A stretch of DNA of 64,000 nucleotides, taken from Candidatus Aminicenantes bacterium. GTDB taxonomy: Bacteria; Acidobacteriota; Aminicenantia; Aminicenantales; Saccharicenantaceae. The stretch lies in NCBI GenBank assembly GCA_963807525.1, contig CAWECI010000021.1, forward strand, positions 112,913 through 176,912, read 5' to 3'. The notes below the pieces were generated by a model, which had not been told where the DNA came from, did no database searches, and saw only the letters and a program-made list of their open reading frames with translations. How positions within the stretch are numbered: position 1 is the first letter of the stretch; each line of letters opens with the position of its first letter. Position numbers and translations under genes: made by a program. Below are positions 58,517 through 64,000 of the stretch, in pieces.

Positions 58517-60199
58517 TCAGGCGCCCTCCGGGAAGCCGATCAACGCCGGCTCAGGTTCTTCCTCATAGACCAGGGGATGGTCCCTGAGAAAGCGCGCGCT
58601 GCGAATTCTCAGGACAGCCCAGATCGCCGCACAAACCGGGAGGAAAACCCAGAAGTACCCAGGTTCCTTTAAAAGTGCTTTTTCGAGGCTAGATAGCAGG
58701 GCCAGCAGCCCGATCCCCCCTACTAAATACGGGATGCCTCGCGTCTGCAGTTGGAGCTTCCCCGGAACATGCGTGCTGGCGAACGGGATCTTCCGGAAGC
58801 GATAGAAGAATGCTTCGATCCCGAGACCCGAGAGGGCCAGACAGAAGACGGCGTGGAGCATCGCCGCCCGCCAGTCCTTCCAAAGCCAGCCATGGGCGAC
58901 AAAGATCAGGACCGCCAGAGGGAAGACCCATTGAGCGAAGATCGTTTTCTTGAGGCCAGAGGCATAGCGGCCCCTTTCGGCCGATTCCGTCACCTGGAAG
59001 ACCCAGTTGCTCTCGAGTGCGGCCGGCACGTCGGCCACAACGCGGAGCCCAGCCAACAGGATGAAGACCAAGAGGAGGGACTGGGCCAGGAAGAACCCGT
59101 TGCCCGGGCTCAAGGCCTGGATGTTCCGCCTATTGGCCACGATCGAAAGCGCCACCAGGGCGGCCGCGATCGCCAAGGCGTTGACGAGCACGGTCCGGTG
59201 GCGCGGGCTCGACCGGATGGTCTTCGAGAAGAACGTCCCGACGACCCGTTCTTCGGGATTCCAGAGAATGGCCTTCTGCAGCAGGCCGGCCGCGGACTCG
59301 CGGAGCCAACGAAGCCGGCGATCCTTCTTCGTGCTTTCGAGGGTCCTGCGGTAATGCCTGAAGTAGCTCAGGGCGCAGGCCAAGCCGAAGGTCCCGGTCG
59401 AAAGACCAAGAGCGAGGAGGGCCGTCCTGGCCAGGGCGATGAACACGGGATCCGTCGTCCCCAGGAGGACTTCGTAGAGCCCGACGAACCACAAAGACGG
59501 AAGGCGGAAGATCAGAGGCGCCCCGTGGTCCTTGAGCCGGGCCAGCGAGCGGACCATGACGTTCAGACCCGTCGGGTCGGCCAACAAGGACAGCAGCAGA
59601 AAGATGAAAAAGGCGATCAGAACGAACCGCACCAGCAGGGAGATCCGGCGATAGAAAGGCGAGGGCAGGACGGCCATGAGGAGGAAGTTGATGAAGACAC
59701 AGGCAAAGAAGACGCAGAAGCAGGCCGCAAAGGCGCTGAGCAAATGAGCCAGGACATGGCGGGCCAAGAACAGCAGGCTGTTTGACCGCCACTGAGCTAG
59801 AAAGAGCGCGAACACGACCGAGGAGATGCCGTTCATGGCCACCGAGAAGAGCCCGATGAAGGCAATGAACGAAGCCAGCTTGGCGGCGAAGATCGTCCTC
59901 AGCCGGAGCGGCAGGGGCGTGAGGTTGACGAAGTCCCGGCGATCGGGGAAGAGCATCTCCCACTCAAGCAATGTGACGATGCCGAAAAGGATCATCATCA
60001 GAAGGAAGACGTAGTTCTTCTCTTGCCAGGACGTGCCCGCGTCGGGGGAAAGCTCGTACTTGAAAAAAATGAGCAGCTGCGAGCTCCAGCCCATGATCAC
60101 GGCCAGGATGGACAGGACGGCGACCAAGCGCGCCTTCATCTGGTCCTCGAAGTCCACGACATCGTTCCGGAACAGCCGCTCGAAGAAATGCCGGGTCAA
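58517..60199 (-). CDS. polytopic membrane protein, putative ABC exporter permease (low-GC cluster, gene 2)
   Basis: 560 aa with at least 10 hydrophobic helices. TTG start. No family recognised by eye. It follows an ABC ATPase gene. Confidence 0.55.
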   Translation of the reverse strand: MTRHFFERLFRNDVVDFEDQMKARLVAVLSILAVIMGWSSQLLIFFKYELSPDAGTSWQEKNYVFLLMMILFGIVTLLEWEMLFPDRRDFVNLTPLPLRLRTIFAAKLASFIAFIGLFSVAMNGISSVVFALFLAQWRSNSLLFLARHVLAHLLSAFAACFCVFFACVFINFLLMAVLPSPFYRRISLLVRFVLIAFFIFLLLSLLADPTGLNVMVRSLARLKDHGAPLIFRLPSLWFVGLYEVLLGTTDPVFIALARTALLALGLSTGTFGLACALSYFRHYRRTLESTKKDRRLRWLRESAAGLLQKAILWNPEERVVGTFFSKTIRSSPRHRTVLVNALAIAAALVALSIVANRRNIQALSPGNGFFLAQSLLLVFILLAGLRVVADVPAALESNWVFQVTESAERGRYASGLKKTIFAQWVFPLAVLIFVAHGWLWKDWRAAMLHAVFCLALSGLGIEAFFYRFRKIPFASTHVPGKLQLQTRGIPYLVGGIGLLALLSSLEKALLKEPGYFWVFLPVCAAIWAVLRIRSARFLRDHPLVYEEEPEPALIGFPEGA

Positions 60200-60258
60200 G
60201 ATCCCAAGTTGGGCGGATTCCTCATTAAGCCCTTGAAGTCGGGCGGACAGGATGGCCG

Positions 60259-61029
60259 TCAGTCGCTCCTCTTCATGGTCTCGACGATCCTCTCGGCGGC
60301 GAGCGCCGTATCTTCGTGGACGACGAGCTGGCTGAAGATCTCGGTCAGCGAAGGCAGGTGCATGAGGTTCCGCAGGTTGGCCACCGAATCGTTGGCCACG
60401 ATGTTCCCCTGATAGAGGATGATGATCCTCGAGCAGACCTGTTCGGTGACCTCGAGCACATGGGAGGAATAGATGATGATCTTGTTCTCGCCGGCCAGCT
60501 TCTTGATCAGGTCCCGGATGACGAGCCCGGTCGTCACGTCCAGGCCGGACAGGGGTTCGTCGAGCAGGAGGACATCGGGATCATGGAGGAGGGCGGCCGC
60601 GATGAGGACCTTCTGGCGCATGCCCTTCGAATAGGTCGCCAGGGGACTGTCCATGTCGTGGCGGAGGCCGAAGATATCCATGAACCCGACGATCTTGATC
60701 TTGAGGGACTTGTCGGGCAGCCGCCGCAGCCGCCCTACCATGGTCAGGTAGTCGTAGGCACTGAGGTGGGGGTAGATCTCCGACTGTTCGGGGACGTAGC
60801 CGAGGCGCTTCTTGTACGAGGCGATATCCTTGCGGATGTCGCGTCCCTCGAAGAGGATCTCCCCCTCGGTCGGCTCGAGCAGCCCGGCCAGCATCCGGAT
60901 GGTCGTAGTCTTTCCGGCCCCGTTCGGTCCGAGATAGCCCAGGACCTCGCCGGGCTGGACGGCGAAGCTGACATGGTTGACCACCGTAAAGACGGAAAAT
61001 TTCTTGGAAACGCCTCGAAGCTCGATCAT
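60259..61029 (-). CDS. ABC transporter ATP-binding protein (low-GC cluster, gene 1)
   Basis: Walker A GPNGAGKTT, signature YSKGMRQK, Walker B LLLDEPLSGLD. Intact 256 aa. Confidence 0.85.
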   Translation of the reverse strand: MIELRGVSKKFSVFTVVNHVSFAVQPGEVLGYLGPNGAGKTTTIRMLAGLLEPTEGEILFEGRDIRKDIASYKKRLGYVPEQSEIYPHLSAYDYLTMVGRLRRLPDKSLKIKIVGFMDIFGLRHDMDSPLATYSKGMRQKVLIAAALLHDPDVLLLDEPLSGLDVTTGLVIRDLIKKLAGENKIIIYSSHVLEVTEQVCSRIIILYQGNIVANDSVANLRNLMHLPSLTEIFSQLVVHEDTALAAERIVETMKRSD

Positions 61030-61061
61030 TCCCCGACGGCTTTTCAGAGGGCCTTGCAGGA

Positions 61062-61090
61062 AGGATACTCCGTTGCCGGCCTGATATCAA
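61062..61090 (-). promoter_or_regulatory. candidate promoter TTGATA-17 nt-TATCCT for the low-GC ABC cluster
   Basis: The minus strand reads CCCCCCCCACGCCTTGATATCAGGCCGGCAACGGAGTATCCT, about 33 nt upstream of the ATG at 61029. Confidence 0.35.
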
Positions 61091-61234
61091 GGCGTGGGGG
61101 GGGCTGCCAGCGGGCCGTTGCCTTCGTGGCGGGCCGGATCGCCCGGCCTACGACTGGCCCCTGCCCCTGGTCGCGCTATCGCAGGAACATGAACGCGGGG
61201 TCGTCATGTCGCCCCTTCAGATGGACCGAACCGC

Positions 61235-61263
61235 TTGAATCGACAGGACGTCGCGCGTATAAT
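61235..61263 (+). promoter_or_regulatory. candidate pfk promoter TTGAAT-17 nt-TATAAT
   Basis: Exact TATAAT at 61258-61263. GGAGG SD lies 9 nt before the ATG at 61307. Confidence 0.5.
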
Positions 61264-61306
61264 CCTCGCGGTTTTCAAGGCAACCACGGATCGGAGGTCC
61301 ACGACC

Positions 61307-62335
61307 ATGAGAGTCGGCATCTTGACCGGCGGCGGCGATTGCCCCGGGCTCAACGCGGTCATCCGGGCGGCCACCCGCAAAGGTATCACCCACTACGGCT
61401 TCGACATCCTGGGCATCAAGAACGGCTGGCTGGGCCTCATCGAAGGCAAGGTCTATCCTCTGGACCTGAACGCCATCTCCGGCATCCTGCCGCGCGGCGG
61501 CACGATCCTGGGCACGTCCCGGACCAATCCGTTCCGGGTCGAGGACGGCGTCGGGAAGATCTTCGCCCAGGTCGAGAAGTTCGAGCTCGACGCGGTCATC
61601 GCCATCGGCGGCGAGGACACGCTCGGCGTCGCCAAGAAGCTCTGCGACAAGGGCCTGCGCTGCGTCGGCGTGCCCAAGACGATCGACAACGACCTCTCCG
61701 GCACGGACTATACCTTCGGCTTCGACACCGCCGTCTCGGTCGTCACCGAGGCCTTGGACCGCCTCCACACCACGGCCGAGGCCCATCACCGGGTCATGGT
61801 CGTCGAGGTCATGGGCCGGCACGCCGGTTGGATCGCCATCGAGGGCGGCCTGGCCGGCGGGGCCGACATCATCCTCATCCCCGAGTTCCCCTTCGACCTG
61901 GACGAGATCTGCTCCCAGATCCAGAAGCGCCGGGAGCGGGGCAAGCTCTTCAGCATCGTCGTCGTGGCCGAGGGAGCCAAGCCCCAGGACGAGAGCCTGA
62001 TCGTCCAGTCCGGCGAGAAGGACGCCTTCGGCCATGTCCGCCTGGGCGGCATCGGCAACATCATCGCCCGCGAGATCGAGATGCGCACGGCGATCGACAC
62101 CCGGGTCACGGTCCTCGGCCACGTCCAGAGAGGCGGCTCGCCGACCGCTTTCGACCGCATCCTGGCCACTCGTTACGGCATCGCGGCCATCGATCTGGTC
62201 AAGGACGAGAAATTCGGCTTCATGGTCGGCCTGCGCGGCAACAAGATCGTCCAGGTCCCTCTCGAGGAGGCCCTGGCCGAGCCGAAGACCGTCGATGCCG
62301 AGCTCTACGACATCGCCAAGGTCTTTTTCGGCTGA
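61307..62335 (+). CDS. 6-phosphofructokinase, probably pyrophosphate-dependent
   Basis: MRVGILTGGGDCPGLNAV, GGEDT, PKTIDND, MGRHAG. Intact 342 aa. The ORF-track start at 61235 is an extension. Confidence 0.85.
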   Translation: MRVGILTGGGDCPGLNAVIRAATRKGITHYGFDILGIKNGWLGLIEGKVYPLDLNAISGILPRGGTILGTSRTNPFRVEDGVGKIFAQVEKFELDAVIAIGGEDTLGVAKKLCDKGLRCVGVPKTIDNDLSGTDYTFGFDTAVSVVTEALDRLHTTAEAHHRVMVVEVMGRHAGWIAIEGGLAGGADIILIPEFPFDLDEICSQIQKRRERGKLFSIVVVAEGAKPQDESLIVQSGEKDAFGHVRLGGIGNIIAREIEMRTAIDTRVTVLGHVQRGGSPTAFDRILATRYGIAAIDLVKDEKFGFMVGLRGNKIVQVPLEEALAEPKTVDAELYDIAKVFFG

Positions 62336-62386
62336 GTCCCCTCATCCGAAAGGGTTGATCTTAAAAGAGTTGGGCGGCCTCGGGGA

Positions 62387-62415
62387 TTGACATCCGGGCC
62401 CGGCCGTGCTAACGT
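62387..62415 (+). promoter_or_regulatory. candidate promoter TTGACA-17 nt-TAACGT for the OMP gene
   Basis: Exact TTGACA at 62387-62392. AGGAGG SD lies before the ATG at 62440. Confidence 0.4.
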
Positions 62416-62439
62416 CCTCAGGCAGGAGGCGCCAAGATC

Positions 62440-63297
62440 ATGATCAAGAAGTTTTCCCTGACCCTGTTTCTTATAGCCCTTTTCGCGGCGGCCCTGCCCC
62501 TGGCCGCGGCCCCCGATATCCGGTTCGAGCTCGGTTTCGGCTGGACGCTGGTCGGGCCGTTCATGAACTCGAGCTACGTCAACAGCTACCAGCCGACCCT
62601 GACCCCGCCCGACCGCTACATCACGAGCTCGGCCAGTCAGACCGTCCACTTCCGGGGCAAGGCGACCTTCGGCATGAACGGCTTCTTCACCGTCCTCTTC
62701 TCCGAGAAGGTGGGGCTTCAGGTCCTGGCCGACTATCACCGGCCCAGCTTGGGCGGCTCGAACGATCCCTACGCGATCGAGATGCAGTTCCAGGGCACCG
62801 AGCCCGAGGCCTACTCCCGGTCCATCGATTGGGAGAGCTCGACGGGGAACCTGACCCAGACCACGTTCAGCCTCAACGCCCTGGCCCGCTTCCCGGTCGC
62901 GGAGAAGTTGTCGCTCAGCGTCTCGGCCGGGCCGACGGTGTTCTATTTCGAAGGCAAGGCCGGGCATATCGGCTACACCTACTTCGACCTGGCCTTGGTC
63001 GACGGCGTCTATCAGCTCACCGGCGGGACTTATCACATGGTCGTCGAGTTCGGGCCGACCACAAAGTACGGCCTTAACGTCGGCGCCGAGTTCGCTTACG
63101 AGGCCTTCCGGCACGTCATCCTGGCCGTCGACCTGCGCTGGTTCGGGGCGCCCAAGACCGACCTGCAGCTCCATGTCGTCGAGGACCCGGTCATCACGGT
63201 GCCGATCAGCGAGATCGAATCGACGATCGGCCTGGGGAAACTGAGCGTCAACCCCTCGTACATGCGGGCCGGCCTGGCTCTGCGGTTCATCTTCTAA
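62440..63297 (+). CDS. outer-membrane beta-barrel protein
   Basis: Signal MIKKFSLTLFLIALFAAALPLAAA, alternating hydrophobic beta-strand pattern, and a C-terminal ...GLALRFIF ending in Phe. Confidence 0.65.
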   Translation: MIKKFSLTLFLIALFAAALPLAAAPDIRFELGFGWTLVGPFMNSSYVNSYQPTLTPPDRYITSSASQTVHFRGKATFGMNGFFTVLFSEKVGLQVLADYHRPSLGGSNDPYAIEMQFQGTEPEAYSRSIDWESSTGNLTQTTFSLNALARFPVAEKLSLSVSAGPTVFYFEGKAGHIGYTYFDLALVDGVYQLTGGTYHMVVEFGPTTKYGLNVGAEFAYEAFRHVILAVDLRWFGAPKTDLQLHVVEDPVITVPISEIESTIGLGKLSVNPSYMRAGLALRFIF

Positions 63298-63316
63298 CTC
63301 GCGCGGACCCGCCCGC

Positions 63317-64000
63317 TCAGATCTTCGCCCGCCTCAGGCGGAGGGAGTTCGTCACCACCGAGACCGAGCTCAGGGCCATGGCCGCCGAGGCGATCATGGG
63401 ATTGAGCAGGACCCCGAAAAAAGGATAGAGCGCGCCCGCCGCGAGCGGGATGCCGACGACATTGTAGACAAAAGCCCAGAAGAGATTCTGCCGGATGGTC
63501 CGGATGGTTCGCCGGCTGAGCTCGACCGCGGCCACGACCTTTTCCAGGTCCCCGGAGATGAGGGTGATGTCGGCCGAGGCCATGGCCACATCGGTCCCCG
63601 TGCCCAGGGCCAGTCCGACGTCCGCCTGGGCCAGGGCCGGAGCGTCGTTGATGCCGTCGCCGACCATGGCTACCCGCCGTCCTTCGGCCTGGAGGCCCCG
63701 GATCACGGCCGCCTTGTCGCCGGGCAGGACCTCGGCCCGGACGTCTTCGATGCCGGCGGCGGCCGCCAGAGCCCGGGCCGTCTGGGCGTTGTCCCCCGTG
63801 AGCATGACCACGCCAAGCCCCGCGCGGCGGAGCCTGTCAATGGCCTCGCGAGCGTTCGGCTTGAGCGTATCCGCGAGGGCGAACAATCCGGCCAGGCGGC
63901 CATCGATGGCGACGCAGGCGACGGTCTTCCCTTCGGCGGCGAGGCGCTCGGCCGCCGGGGCCGAGCCGGACACGTCAATGCCGGCGGCTTCAAGGAGCCT
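63317..64000 (-). CDS. heavy-metal (copper-type) P-type ATPase, C-terminal part (5' end outside window)
   Basis: [16 protein letters not shown] hinge motif and two final TM helices. The frame is open to the window edge. Confidence 0.85.
   Translation of the reverse strand, partial: RLLEAAGIDVSGSAPAAERLAAEGKTVACVAIDGRLAGLFALADTLKPNAREAIDRLRRAGLGVVMLTGDNAQTARALAAAAGIEDVRAEVLPGDKAAVIRGLQAEGRRVAMVGDGINDAPALAQADVGLALGTGTDVAMASADITLISGDLEKVVAAVELSRRTIRTIRQNLFWAFVYNVVGIPLAAGALYPFFGVLLNPMIASAAMALSSVSVVTNSLRLRRAKI

Noticed and set aside
61096-61103. G8 homopolymer between the ABC cluster and pfk as a phase-variation switch
   Set aside because: It lies upstream of the candidate -35 (5 nt beyond it), not in a promoter spacer or coding region, so length changes would not obviously toggle expression. 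Given the indel problems in this assembly, its true length is also uncertain.
60316-62358. 680-aa ORF on + running from inside the ABC ATPase gene through pfk
   Set aside because: It is a chimera of the antisense of the ATPase gene and an out-of-frame reading of pfk. The pfk frame starting at 61307 carries all the PFK motifs.

Overview
This is a high-GC, gene-dense chromosomal segment, about two thirds G+C in hand-counted lines. It comes from a diderm bacterium, shown by TonB, a beta-barrel OMP and several lipoproteins.

Content is mostly housekeeping:
- a glycine-themed operon, gcvT-gcvH-gcvPA-gcvPB-glyQ-glyS
- argS, and serS followed by tRNA-Ser(UGA), with a second tRNA-Ser(GCU) nearby
- a GldA/F/G-like ABC system plus a DUF4340 protein
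- mutY, a flavodiiron protein, and an SDR/Zn-ADH pair
- DUF1846, a GH106-like hydrolase, cobO, a DapA-like gene and an M14 peptidase
- a large (Alu-domain) SRP RNA
- transketolase, a LanC-like protein, an HD dGTPase-like protein, yggS and rmuC
- an octahaem cytochrome c
- an iorA-iorB-acd operon with a divergent Rrf2 regulator
- folD, a PPi-type pfk, an OMP, and the 3' part of a P-type ATPase

I saw no rRNA, CRISPR array, transposase, integrase, phage gene or recognisable defence gene.

Main observations:
1. About 65 or more single-base indels, mostly insertions, break 14 genes between 5.9 and 37.5 kb. Interleaved genes are pristine, and 37.5-64 kb has only two breaks (16 broken genes in all). 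This looks technical rather than biological.
2. A roughly 25-nt palindromic motif occurs as inverted pairs in exactly two divergent promoter regions, gcvT/argS and serS/cobO. serS and cobO look leaderless.
3. A family of CCTCGAGAGGGA-type hairpins sits at gene 3' ends and includes an exact 21-mer shared by two loci.
4. A 3.3-kb low-GC four-gene cluster encodes an ABC ATPase, a 560-aa polytopic membrane protein and two small lipoproteins.
5. A stand-alone, signal-bearing LanC-like protein has CCG where canonical LanC has CHG.

I did not find a convincing complete novel system. The candidates are scored modestly.
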